This document shows positions 1-8,930 of a stretch of DNA of 64,000 nt, piece after piece. Every line of letters starts with the position of its first letter. The stretch's first letter is position 1. Location: positions 74,027 to 138,026 of the IMG/VR virus record IMGVR_UViG_3300025012_000027; one strand, written 5' to 3'. Position numbers and translations under genes: made by a program. A model generated the notes under the pieces. That model was not told where the DNA came from, ran no database searches, and saw only the letters and a list, made by a program, of their open reading frames with translations. The stretch comes from a virus.

Positions 1-116
1 GGTGTCATCGAGTCGATGTGCGAGAAACTCGGAGCAACATGGCATTTCGAGAAGGCCATCGCGAATGGAACGAAGATCTGTTCGCGTAAATATACATTCA
101 GACAATAAAGGAACAT

Positions 117-431
117 ATGAATACTAGACTATTAACCCCGCCAGAATACTGTCCGGATGCTCTAGCAACGGACGTTGGTTGGATCAACCCAAAGAATGGT
201 GAGATCTTAGTGATCGTAAAGGATTTGCGGAATCGTCTCACATTACAGGCAGCCGAACTCGCAAAGGCGTTGGCGACAATGGAAGCCGTTCCAGAACTTG
301 AGCCAACCACGGTTGATGATGTTGAAGTCGTCAATCAGCCCGAGACCTCATCTAGTGATGCAGTAGAAACCACCAACAAACCAGGGCGTCGCGGGCGTCC
401 TCGTAAAATGACTTCAAAGGAGACAATTTAA
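117..431 (+). CDS. hypothetical small protein with basic AT-hook-like C-terminus (GRRGRPRK)
   Basis: ORF track; ATGA overlap with next gene; C-terminal GRRGRPRK motif. Confidence 0.45.
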   Translation: MNTRLLTPPEYCPDALATDVGWINPKNGEILVIVKDLRNRLTLQAAELAKALATMEAVPELEPTTVDDVEVVNQPETSSSDAVETTNKPGRRGRPRKMTSKETI

Positions 432-1111
432 TGAATTATGGTAAGTGTGACCCAGAATTGGGTAAGCGAGTTCGAGCGTATTTGATGTTGCAGGGGGTCG
501 AGTCTCCAATCGACTATTCTGTGTATGACAGTACGACCGCTGCATCTAAAATTGAGGTGGTAGAACATCACATGAAAGCTGCTCTTGAAATCATGGGGTT
601 CGACCTCACAAACGACTCTGTTCAAAACACCCCCAAGCGAATCGCGAAGATGTGGGTATCCGAGATCATGAGTGGCCTCGACTACAACAACTTTCCAAAG
701 ATTATGACGTTTGAGAACAAGTTCAAAGCATCTGGGATGGTTGTTGAGCGTGATGTTAAGTCAATGAGCCTGTGCAGCCATCACCTAGTTACTATTGACG
801 GCGTTGCTACTGTTGCATACATTCCTAAAGAGCGGGTTATTGGTCTTAGTAAGATCAATCGTGTAGTTGACTATTTTTCCAGACGCCCTCAAGAAGCCGA
901 GCGTTTGACGTTGCAGATCTTCCATGCTCTTGAGTATTTGTTGGGAACTGAAGATATCGCCGTGTTCTTGACAGGCACGCACTTCTGCGTTCGTTCACGT
1001 GGCGTGCAGGATATCAATTCAAGCACATCAACCGTTAAGTTGGGTGGCGGATTCTTGAACGATCCAATGCTGCGCAAAGAATTCTACGACGTGGTGCATT
1101 CAAAGGCGTAA
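431..1111 (+). CDS. folE: GTP cyclohydrolase I (FolE), first step of the preQ0/7-deazaguanine pathway
   Basis: Strong family motifs: SLCSHHLV, VAYIP..VIGLSKINR..RRPQ..ERLT, THFCVRSRGV. Confidence 0.85.
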   Translation: MNYGKCDPELGKRVRAYLMLQGVESPIDYSVYDSTTAASKIEVVEHHMKAALEIMGFDLTNDSVQNTPKRIAKMWVSEIMSGLDYNNFPKIMTFENKFKASGMVVERDVKSMSLCSHHLVTIDGVATVAYIPKERVIGLSKINRVVDYFSRRPQEAERLTLQIFHALEYLLGTEDIAVFLTGTHFCVRSRGVQDINSSTSTVKLGGGFLNDPMLRKEFYDVVHSKA

Positions 1112-1160
1112 TTAAGCCACCTTGATCGGCAGAAATGCCGATCTTTTTTGACTATTCATA

Positions 1161-2489
1161 ATGAAAACTTTCAATAAGCGTATTGGCTTCATCATCTCGG
1201 CTCAGCATCTTATTCCTCACGGCGGCATCGGACAATTCGCCAAGGGGTTGATTGAGATGCTAGACGAGTATCAAATAGATATCATCCTTGATAAGGCTCC
1301 AGCATCATCTGAGTTCGTTGAATTATTGGCCGGTAAAGACAACGTTAAGCTAATATACCCCCCACAGCCGCTTTCGAGCCAAAAACATACTAAGGTACAT
1401 GCCTTCAGCGAAACGTTGAATCTAGAGCGGATCATTAACTTTCGCGATAGTTTGATGCTTGCTCTGCAGACGCAGATCTACGATACTATCATTATCAACA
1501 CGCCTGAAGCACTATTTTCTACATATGCTCTAGGCATTCAAAAGTTCGTTCAAATCGTATTCTATACGCATAATGAGAATCTAGTGTTCAAAGATGCTTC
1601 ATTCGCGGGGGTGTTCAATGACAGCTATGACGAGATCATAGGACAGAGTATGCGATCTGATGGGATCACCGTGGGAACTCAGACACCCAGAAACCTCGAT
1701 GAGTTGGTAGGCATCAAAAGTAAGGCATGGTTACCTATGCCCATCCCTGAAAGGGATCTACTCACTCCAAGCATTATCGAAAAATCTGGGGTGCTGTTCA
1801 TCGGTCGATGGGAAGAACGAAAGAACCCCAAAGAGTTCCTGCGGCTGATTGAAGAAACTGGATTGCCTGCAAAGGTTATGACGAACGAAAACGGTGCTAA
1901 GAGTTTTGAAGCAGCTCTTAGTAAGTTGGGCGTGCCGTATGAGATCAAAGCATCTATCATCGGTAAAGAAAAGGTAGATTTCATTAAGTCAGCGAAAGTG
2001 TTCTATATGCCATCAAAGAGCGAGAGCTATGGGTTTGCTCTGATGGAAGCAATTGGACACACGCATTCAATCGTTCTCGAAGAATATCCGTGGCATAAGA
2101 ACTTTGACCCGACGTTTATTAACGTATCGGCCAAGAAAGATGTTGCATCTTTGACAAAACGATTGTATAATACGCCGGTACATACGGCGAATATTGATTA
2201 TGTACGATCACTAGACGATCAGTGTAAGTCTATCTGGGTTGACTTCATTGAGTCGTTTAACCCAAAGCAATCAACCTCAAATTCGGCTAACATTACCAAA
2301 CATGATGAAGTGCTATATGCAGACTTCATATCATCGTTGGGTCGGTTTGCTAGTATCGAGGATGTAATTTCTGTGCTAAGCAATCGGCATAAATTCACAG
2401 TGTCACATTCCAAAGAAGGAACCTTTCTCTCAAAGAGTGGAAAGACGATTCAAAAGTCTGAAGGCATTTCATTCGACGACATATTCTAA
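1161..2489 (+). CDS. GT-B (GT4-like) glycosyltransferase
   Basis: N-terminal IGFIISAQHLIPHGGIGQFAKGL and C-terminal FYMPSKSESYGFALMEAIGHTHSIV resemble GT4 donor-binding motifs. Confidence 0.55.
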   Translation: MKTFNKRIGFIISAQHLIPHGGIGQFAKGLIEMLDEYQIDIILDKAPASSEFVELLAGKDNVKLIYPPQPLSSQKHTKVHAFSETLNLERIINFRDSLMLALQTQIYDTIIINTPEALFSTYALGIQKFVQIVFYTHNENLVFKDASFAGVFNDSYDEIIGQSMRSDGITVGTQTPRNLDELVGIKSKAWLPMPIPERDLLTPSIIEKSGVLFIGRWEERKNPKEFLRLIEETGLPAKVMTNENGAKSFEAALSKLGVPYEIKASIIGKEKVDFIKSAKVFYMPSKSESYGFALMEAIGHTHSIVLEEYPWHKNFDPTFINVSAKKDVASLTKRLYNTPVHTANIDYVRSLDDQCKSIWVDFIESFNPKQSTSNSANITKHDEVLYADFISSLGRFASIEDVISVLSNRHKFTVSHSKEGTFLSKSGKTIQKSEGISFDDIF

Positions 2490-3737
2490 ATGATAAAAGA
2501 TATACATTACATCGCGTCCGGAATGTCCTACACGAGAATCAATTCTCCGAGGAACTACGAGAACCCAGAAAATTTGCAGTTCATTAATGATACTTTCAGA
2601 AAGATCAGTGATAGTGCAACCAGACATGACTTCGGCATACTGTTCAACGCATTCACTGAATCTGCTTTTGGCGAACGGTTCTCGAAGTATAATGGGCACA
2701 AATTTACACACGCCGACTCAGGTGGCTTGCAAGTAATTACTCAAGGTAAGACGATCACGCCGGCATTGAAAGACGCCGTATATGCTGTTCAAGCTAAGTG
2801 GTCTGATCTGGGGATGTGCTTCGATGAGATTCCAATCGGAATGACTGGAACAACTTCGGGTAGAAATGACGTAACGAATCGTTGGTATAAGTCAGACGAT
2901 CTGGAACACTATGCTAGGCTGACTGGTCGAAACATTGCTAGACAGATTGAAGTTTACCATAAACTAGATTCAAAGTGTAAGCCAATTCTCATTGCTCAAG
3001 GAAACTGTTATGACAGTTACATGCGCTGGGTAGATTATATTATGGATGAGATTCCTGCATCCGACCGTCAATATGTCGGCGGTGTTGCTATGGGAGCTGC
3101 TGCTCTTGGCACAGGCACCCTCGAAGACATCGAGCGAGCATTTATCTTCTCACAATTGCAGATCGACGTCAAGCATCTACACGTGCTGGGAGTTGGTTCT
3201 GTAAAACGACTATATCCGTATTTGGTGTTCCAAGATTCGGGTCTGTATAAAGACATCACATTATCATATGACAGCACTAGCCATACTTCTGGAGGCGAAC
3301 TTGCAAACTATTACACCGAAGATTTCAAACGTCTTTCGTTTACTCGTCAGTATTCGAGACACTATGAAAAGATTTTTAATGAGATTGCTGGGTTCATTGA
3401 CGTTTCTGATTTGACGCCTCGAGACTTTCATGAGATCATGAACAGTGGATACACAAAGTATGTCGAGGAATTGAATAAAAAAGACTTTGACTTTTTGCGT
3501 TGTCGTTTAGGTATTATTTTCAGAATGATCCATAATTTTATCAACCACGTTGAACACGTTATGGCAAGTAAAGAGAACATGATTGAAGATGCGATGCAGC
3601 ATAACCTGCATGGTCAGATTAAGTTCTTGTATGGAGTGAAAGATAAGAATGACTTCGATGCTTGGAACTCGCATTTCAAACGTACCGTTAAGTCAAATCG
3701 TGTGCAATCTGGACAATCTTTAGAATTGGAGTTTTAA
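2490..3737 (+). CDS. dpdA: tRNA-guanine transglycosylase family protein, DpdA-like DNA 7-deazaguanine transglycosylase
   Basis: Catalytic HADSGGLQ (TGT DSGGFQ motif) and HVLGVGS block; sits between folE and queD-like genes. Confidence 0.65.
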   Translation: MIKDIHYIASGMSYTRINSPRNYENPENLQFINDTFRKISDSATRHDFGILFNAFTESAFGERFSKYNGHKFTHADSGGLQVITQGKTITPALKDAVYAVQAKWSDLGMCFDEIPIGMTGTTSGRNDVTNRWYKSDDLEHYARLTGRNIARQIEVYHKLDSKCKPILIAQGNCYDSYMRWVDYIMDEIPASDRQYVGGVAMGAAALGTGTLEDIERAFIFSQLQIDVKHLHVLGVGSVKRLYPYLVFQDSGLYKDITLSYDSTSHTSGGELANYYTEDFKRLSFTRQYSRHYEKIFNEIAGFIDVSDLTPRDFHEIMNSGYTKYVEELNKKDFDFLRCRLGIIFRMIHNFINHVEHVMASKENMIEDAMQHNLHGQIKFLYGVKDKNDFDAWNSHFKRTVKSNRVQSGQSLELEF

Positions 3738-3738
3738 T

Positions 3739-4098
3739 ATGGGAATCAAAACATACATCAAAGTTAGAACTGAGTTTGAAGGGTTTCATAGCTACCCAGG
3801 AGCCGGTAGCATAAGCCCAGCTATCAAATTCCTGGAAGATCGGCATCGCCACATGTTCAAAGTCGAGGTTAAGATCTCTGTGACACATGATGACCGAGAG
3901 TTAGAGTTTTTCTTGACCAAGTGGGCGCTCGAAGATTTCCTGAATAGAAGAGAACTCAATAACAAGAGTTGCGAGATGATTGGGCGTGATATCTTGAACG
4001 ATCATCTGCTGATAGCGTATGGCGGTGATCGATATTATGAAGTCATTGTGTCTGAAGACGGCGAGTCTGATGGTATTGTAGAATATACTCCGGAATAA
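3739..4098 (+). CDS. queD: QueD-like 6-carboxy-tetrahydropterin synthase (PTPS fold), tentative
   Basis: 119 aa; FEGFHSYPGA...RHRHMFKVEVKI parallels QueD FEAAHRLP...LHGHSFMVRLEI; pathway context. Confidence 0.45.
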   Translation: MGIKTYIKVRTEFEGFHSYPGAGSISPAIKFLEDRHRHMFKVEVKISVTHDDRELEFFLTKWALEDFLNRRELNNKSCEMIGRDILNDHLLIAYGGDRYYEVIVSEDGESDGIVEYTPE

Positions 4099-4102
4099 TA
4101 CT

Positions 4103-5194
4103 ATGTCAAAACTTATCATTGTCCCCATTGAACCGATCGAATCTCGGTATACCTCTCAGTGGTATAAGTTCCTGCCAGGTTTTATTAAAGAAAATACGTC
4201 GTTTGATTCAATCGTCCATCTAGAGATTGACAAAGAAGTTCCTGAAAACACTTCTGGTGGGTTCTTTAACTTCAATTTCACGTGCGAGTATAAGGCCGCG
4301 CAATTCATCTCATTATCTGAGATGGTTAAACGTGGTGAGATACAAGACGGTGATGTGATCTTCTATACAGATTACTGGAACCCAACGGTTCATATGACTC
4401 GATACATTCTCGATCTAAATGGAATTCGTGCAAAGATCGTTGGATTTGCTCACGCAGGAGACTGGGACCCAGCTGATATTCTACATCAAAAGCTAGTTAA
4501 TAAACACTGGTCTTGGACTACTGAGATGTCATTGCATCAGGCATATGATCAGATTTATTTCTCGACGTACTTTGCTCGACAGTTGTATGCTAATAATCTT
4601 GGGGCAGATCTAGTATATGCTGCAGGTGCAGACCTCATCGTAACAGGGTTCCCGATGGAATATTATGATGAAGTTCTCCCATCATACTGGGATCTTGAAT
4701 CACCTGTTAATAAAGAAGACTTGATAGTATTCCCTCATCGAATCTCAGATGAGAAAAACTATAAACTATTCAAGATACTTGAGCGTAGGTTGCCGCAATA
4801 CAAATTCGTTGTGGCGATGGAAGTGTGTAAAACGAAAGATGCGTATCACGATCTATTGTACCGAAGCAAAGTAGCATTCTCGGCTGCATTGCAAGAAACA
4901 GGCGGCATAAGTATGGGCATCGAGTCTCTACGAGCAGGCTGTATGACTATAGTTCCTGATCGACTATCATATGCTGAAATCTTTGACCAGTGGGATTTGA
5001 AGTTTGCCGGTGATGTTGCGGATTACGTCGTCACGGAAGATAATGATCCATGTGTCGATATCCTAGTCGATACTATAGTGAAGGCATTCGAAACCTGGAA
5101 CATCGAGGTTATCAAGAAACAACATGATTTGAATTACGCAAAGTATTTCACTGGCACAATTCTTTATGCTGCATTGGATACGTTCAATGAATAA
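4103..5194 (+). CDS. hypothetical protein, possible second GT-B glycosyltransferase
   Basis: ORF track; FPHRISDEKNYKLF and GGISMGIESLRAGCMTIV resemble GT-B C-terminal domain. Confidence 0.35.
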   Translation: MSKLIIVPIEPIESRYTSQWYKFLPGFIKENTSFDSIVHLEIDKEVPENTSGGFFNFNFTCEYKAAQFISLSEMVKRGEIQDGDVIFYTDYWNPTVHMTRYILDLNGIRAKIVGFAHAGDWDPADILHQKLVNKHWSWTTEMSLHQAYDQIYFSTYFARQLYANNLGADLVYAAGADLIVTGFPMEYYDEVLPSYWDLESPVNKEDLIVFPHRISDEKNYKLFKILERRLPQYKFVVAMEVCKTKDAYHDLLYRSKVAFSAALQETGGISMGIESLRAGCMTIVPDRLSYAEIFDQWDLKFAGDVADYVVTEDNDPCVDILVDTIVKAFETWNIEVIKKQHDLNYAKYFTGTILYAALDTFNE

Positions 5195-5702
5195 TATAAT
5201 GCTGGACATTGAAACTTTAGGCACGTCTTCTAATAGCATCATCGTATCTATAGCCGCAGTGGCGTTCAACTTCAAAGATGATATTACCGAAGATTTGTTG
5301 CTAAACTGTTCTCCAAAGAGTAGCAAAGCCCTTGGTATGGTGTCTGATGCTGATACAGTACAATGGTGGGCTGAGCAACCCGCAGAAGTTCGCAATGCAT
5401 GGATGGTAGATCAACGACCTATCACAGACGCGCTAACCACATTATCCGAGTTTGCCGGTACTCAATGGAAGAATGTTGTTTGGTGGTCTAATGGGATGAA
5501 CTTCGATTTCCCAGTATTGGAATGGAGTTATAAGGCTGCAACCATTCCAGTTCCATGGAAGTATTGGAATCTGCGAGATGTTAGAACGGTGTATTCTGTG
5601 TTTGATTTAAACTTTCGAGAATTCCCGAGGGTCGGTAAGTATCACAATGCTATTGATGACTGCAAAACTCAAATCGCTGCCCTGAAATCCGTACTAATCT
5701 AG
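5187..5702 (+). CDS. DEDDh 3'-5' exonuclease (DnaQ/RNase T-like)
   Basis: MLDIETLGT (Exo I), ...HNAIDDCKTQ (Exo III H-x4-D); start 5187 or 5199. Confidence 0.7.
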   Translation: MNNIMLDIETLGTSSNSIIVSIAAVAFNFKDDITEDLLLNCSPKSSKALGMVSDADTVQWWAEQPAEVRNAWMVDQRPITDALTTLSEFAGTQWKNVVWWSNGMNFDFPVLEWSYKAATIPVPWKYWNLRDVRTVYSVFDLNFREFPRVGKYHNAIDDCKTQIAALKSVLI

Positions 5703-5743
5703 TCGGTTAGTTCTCTTTCTTAAATAATAGAAAGAGAACTAAA

Positions 5744-6103
5744 ATGTCCAATAATGTATCTGAAGAATCTTGGTTTAAACACCAATGGAGACCCACGACT
5801 GCTTGGGTCTATCTTGCCATCTGTCTTTTCGACTTCCTGATAGCACCCATTCTAACCGCTGTATATTTTGCAAAATATGGTGGTGACTATGTTGCTTGGA
5901 AGCCGATATCATTGTCTGAAGGTGGATTGTTCCACATGGCAATGGGCGCAATCTTAGGTATCACTAGCTGGACTCGTGGTCAAGAGCGAATCTCATCAGC
6001 TAGATATCGATCAGAACATTCGTATAGGTCAGACGACCGTGCCCCATATCGTTCTACCACGGAGACTGATTTCAGGGATAACCTGATCAATGATGACAGA
6101 TGA
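5744..6103 (+). CDS. membrane protein, putative holin
   Basis: Two predicted TM helices; immediately upstream of and overlapping the endolysin. Confidence 0.5.
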   Translation: MSNNVSEESWFKHQWRPTTAWVYLAICLFDFLIAPILTAVYFAKYGGDYVAWKPISLSEGGLFHMAMGAILGITSWTRGQERISSARYRSEHSYRSDDRAPYRSTTETDFRDNLINDDR

Positions 6104-6714
6104 TCACAGTTGAACAACTACTAGAGATTTTTCCTAGAATAGAAGATGCTGACTTTTGGGTCGAGGCAATGGAGTATAATCTACCAGCTCATGATATCAT
6201 AGAAGGGCCGCGTCTTTGGATGTTTTTAGCACAGTGCGGGCATGAGTCTGCTGGGTTCACAGTTTTTCAAGAAAACTTGAACTACTCAAGCACCGGTCTG
6301 TTAAAAACTTTTCCGAAGTATTTTAACACAAAACTTGCAGCTCAATGCGCGAGACAGCCAGAACTTATAGCAAATATTGTGTATGCTAACCGAATGGGTA
6401 ATGGTCCATCAGAAAGTGGCGATGGTTATAGGTTTAGAGGTAGAGGACCAATCCAAATCACGGGTCGCAGAAACTACACTGCTATGTCACACGATCTATG
6501 GGGTGATGATCGAGCCGTTGAAGAACCTGAGATGATTCTTTCGCCCGACAATGCAATTGCTAGTGCTGGATGGTATTGGGACATCGCAAAACTAAATCAA
6601 TATTGTGATCGAGAAGACGTCGTTACTGTTACCCGACGCATCAATGGTGGTACTAATGGATTGGCCGATCGCAAACATCTTTACGCACAAATCAAAGAAA
6701 TGTTGAACCAGTAG
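6100..6714 (+). CDS. GH19 (chitinase-like) endolysin
   Basis: QCGHESAGF and RGRGPIQITGRRNY GH19 signature. Confidence 0.8.
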   Translation: MITVEQLLEIFPRIEDADFWVEAMEYNLPAHDIIEGPRLWMFLAQCGHESAGFTVFQENLNYSSTGLLKTFPKYFNTKLAAQCARQPELIANIVYANRMGNGPSESGDGYRFRGRGPIQITGRRNYTAMSHDLWGDDRAVEEPEMILSPDNAIASAGWYWDIAKLNQYCDREDVVTVTRRINGGTNGLADRKHLYAQIKEMLNQ

Positions 6715-6721
6715 GATCTGG

Positions 6722-6730
6722 TGTTATAAT
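6722..6730 (+). promoter_or_regulatory. extended -10 promoter TGTTATAAT (representative of about 25 copies)
   Basis: Recurring motif 20-40 nt upstream of gene starts. Confidence 0.6.
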
Positions 6731-6754
6731 ACACATACTTTATTGGAGTGTATT

Positions 6755-6961
6755 ATGAAAATGTTGACTAAGCAGGTGTTTGTTGAGTTTGATCCTAAAG
6801 ACCCATCACATCGCAAATCGTTCGAACGTTTCTTAGCCACATCGTCGTGGAAACACACTACGTCGAGGTTTGTTCTCGAAGATAAGTTTGCCGACGTACC
6901 TAGCATGGTATCTCGAAAGCTGCTAGATTTTTATATGACACGTGATTCTGATCTGAAATAA
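6755..6961 (+). CDS. hypothetical protein
   Basis: ORF track; promoter TGTTATAAT at 6722 and RBS GGAG upstream. Confidence 0.5.
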   Translation: MKMLTKQVFVEFDPKDPSHRKSFERFLATSSWKHTTSRFVLEDKFADVPSMVSRKLLDFYMTRDSDLK

Positions 6962-7035
6962 TATCCACTTGAAATACTTGGTCTCTCCTTGTAACTGCAA
7001 AATTGTGTTATAATAGCGGCACACAAGGAGTTCCA

Positions 7036-7758
7036 ATGTTTGACTTTGTATCTGATGATGCCAAAACAACCCATTTGTCAATGTTTGGATTGATGAAGAC
7101 CAACCAAGGTCTGTTCAAAACAGCAAAGCAGGCAAACTATTTGTTTCCTATGTATTGTAAAGCACGCAGTTTCGATACAATAGAGTCGGTGAAAACAAAC
7201 TTTGGTATTGATCTAACCCCCGGGCAATGTATCGTAAACGTCGATGCAACTACGTCATGGGCTAGTTATGGCACTAACAGCATTCGTCCAGTTTCATGGA
7301 TGTATGTTGTTGATAAATATGGGGTTGTCGCAGAATACAAACTCGGATATAAAGGCACTATGCGAGAAGGCACTTACGTCGATCCAACAAAAACGAAACT
7401 TGTTTGGAATCGAACATGCGCAGTTAAGGAACTTGAACCAGTTGCCGTTGCTGAAAAAGTTCCCAGCAAACACGTTAGCTACGTTGGGCGTCGCATCGAA
7501 ATGGAATGTACGGTTAAAAAGATTCGTACATATAACAAACCAAAGTTCCACTATTACGATTCTTCAGTCGGTTATATGACCGTCATGGAGAATGCCGGTA
7601 ACGTTGTTATCTACTGGGGCGCATTCGATGATGTATATGAAGGCGATACGATTAAGATTCGCGCAACAATCAAAGAACACTCTGTGCGAGATGGTGTTGC
7701 TCAAACGATCGTAAATCGACCAACACTAATTAAAGAAAAACAAGAAATCACAGCATAA
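7036..7758 (+). CDS. hypothetical protein
   Basis: ORF track; start chosen after promoter at 7006 and AAGGAG RBS. Confidence 0.55.
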   Translation: MFDFVSDDAKTTHLSMFGLMKTNQGLFKTAKQANYLFPMYCKARSFDTIESVKTNFGIDLTPGQCIVNVDATTSWASYGTNSIRPVSWMYVVDKYGVVAEYKLGYKGTMREGTYVDPTKTKLVWNRTCAVKELEPVAVAEKVPSKHVSYVGRRIEMECTVKKIRTYNKPKFHYYDSSVGYMTVMENAGNVVIYWGAFDDVYEGDTIKIRATIKEHSVRDGVAQTIVNRPTLIKEKQEITA

Positions 7759-7765
7759 CCAAGGA

Positions 7766-7800
7766 TGTAAATGGCAGATGAATTTAAAGTATTGAGTGAC
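7766..7800 (+). repeat. 35-bp direct repeat (left copy) duplicating the RBS and first 10 codons of the topoisomerase gene
   Basis: Identical to 8896-8930 (TGTAAATGGCAGATGAATTTAAAGTATTGAGTGAC). Confidence 0.9.
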
Positions 7801-8815
7801 CGCCATGCGCATTACTGTTGAGTGATTTGCAGTTGTCGTAGTGAAATCTTTTAAAATTCCATGTGGTGCCGATTCGATTACAGTGCGGACATTCAAACCT
7901 ATTAGGTACCCTCCCTAACACATATCCTGCAGGAACACTAGATGATTGTGGTAATCTTAAGTTGTCGACGCCGTTATTATACCATCTAGTGCTAGTAACC
8001 GCATGCTTATATAGGTGATTGTTCTTCCAGAATTCAGCGGTGGTTATAGTAATCCGTTTATCGGTGGTCAACTCGATGACTGGTATGCGACCGGAGCATC
8101 CCTTATTGCCTTTACCAGTATGGTCATATAAGTCTTTATTAGCCGCATACTCTTCGCTAGTCAGTCTTACTTTTTCAGTCGTCCCTTTAGTATGAACGGT
8201 TAGTTTTCCGGATGGAAGTTTTAGCCCAGAATTCCAAGATGGGGTCCCTTCCGCGAAATGTTTGTATAACCCTCGATTTGCACGATATTCGGCTACAGTT
8301 ACCCAGACAGTTTCATCAGTTGCTACTAATTTACACGACAGATGCGCTGGATGAGTAGCACAATGTCGGGTTCGACTGTCAGAAATCTTCTTGCGCGTTT
8401 CTGGGCTGACATATTTTCCGGTATGCCTTTTCGATACTTGTTTGGCATGTGCTATACACGCCTCGCCGTATAACAAAGCCGCGTTTATCATATTGTCGTC
8501 GTCAAACTTAGATATGTTTTGGGTCGAACACATCAACAGCAAAGGTGATGCGTTTTGCGCAACTCGCCATGATTTCCATAATAAGAAATGTGCGACGAGG
8601 TGATCTGAGTGTGTTAGAATAACCCGATTCCACGGAAATCTTGCAAAATTTGAATATTGGCCAAATGCCCATCTAGGAAGTATGTGGTGAGCTGCGGTTT
8701 TAAATTTTATGCGTTTTGGCAGACGCGCAGATTCTATGAATGTAAAATATTCAACTAGATCTATCGTAGGATATTCTTGACGAAACGCGTCAACATAAGT
8801 ATAATTACTGAACAT
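7784..8815 (-). CDS. HNH homing endonuclease with repeated DNA-binding modules and C-terminal zinc finger
   Basis: HHILPRW...N...H HNH core; three repeats (TVAEYRANRGLYKHF / TSEEYAANKDLYDH / TTAEFWKNNHLYKH); CPHC...C; one of only three complete minus-strand CDS in the window; flanked by a 35-bp duplication. Confidence 0.75.
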   Translation of the reverse strand: MFSNYTYVDAFRQEYPTIDLVEYFTFIESARLPKRIKFKTAAHHILPRWAFGQYSNFARFPWNRVILTHSDHLVAHFLLWKSWRVAQNASPLLLMCSTQNISKFDDDNMINAALLYGEACIAHAKQVSKRHTGKYVSPETRKKISDSRTRHCATHPAHLSCKLVATDETVWVTVAEYRANRGLYKHFAEGTPSWNSGLKLPSGKLTVHTKGTTEKVRLTSEEYAANKDLYDHTGKGNKGCSGRIPVIELTTDKRITITTAEFWKNNHLYKHAVTSTRWYNNGVDNLRLPQSSSVPAGYVLGRVPNRFECPHCNRIGTTWNFKRFHYDNCKSLNSNAHGGHSIL

Positions 8816-8895
8816 TGTTATTTCCTTAGTACCGTTTTAACGTGTTTAGAGTCCTTGGGTGCGTAATACCGCGAAGGACACTTTTATTTAAAGGG

Positions 8896-8930
8896 TGTAA
8901 ATGGCAGATGAATTTAAAGTATTGAGTGAC
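8896..8930 (+). repeat. 35-bp direct repeat (right copy) at the true topoisomerase start
   Basis: Identical to 7766-7800. Confidence 0.9.
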
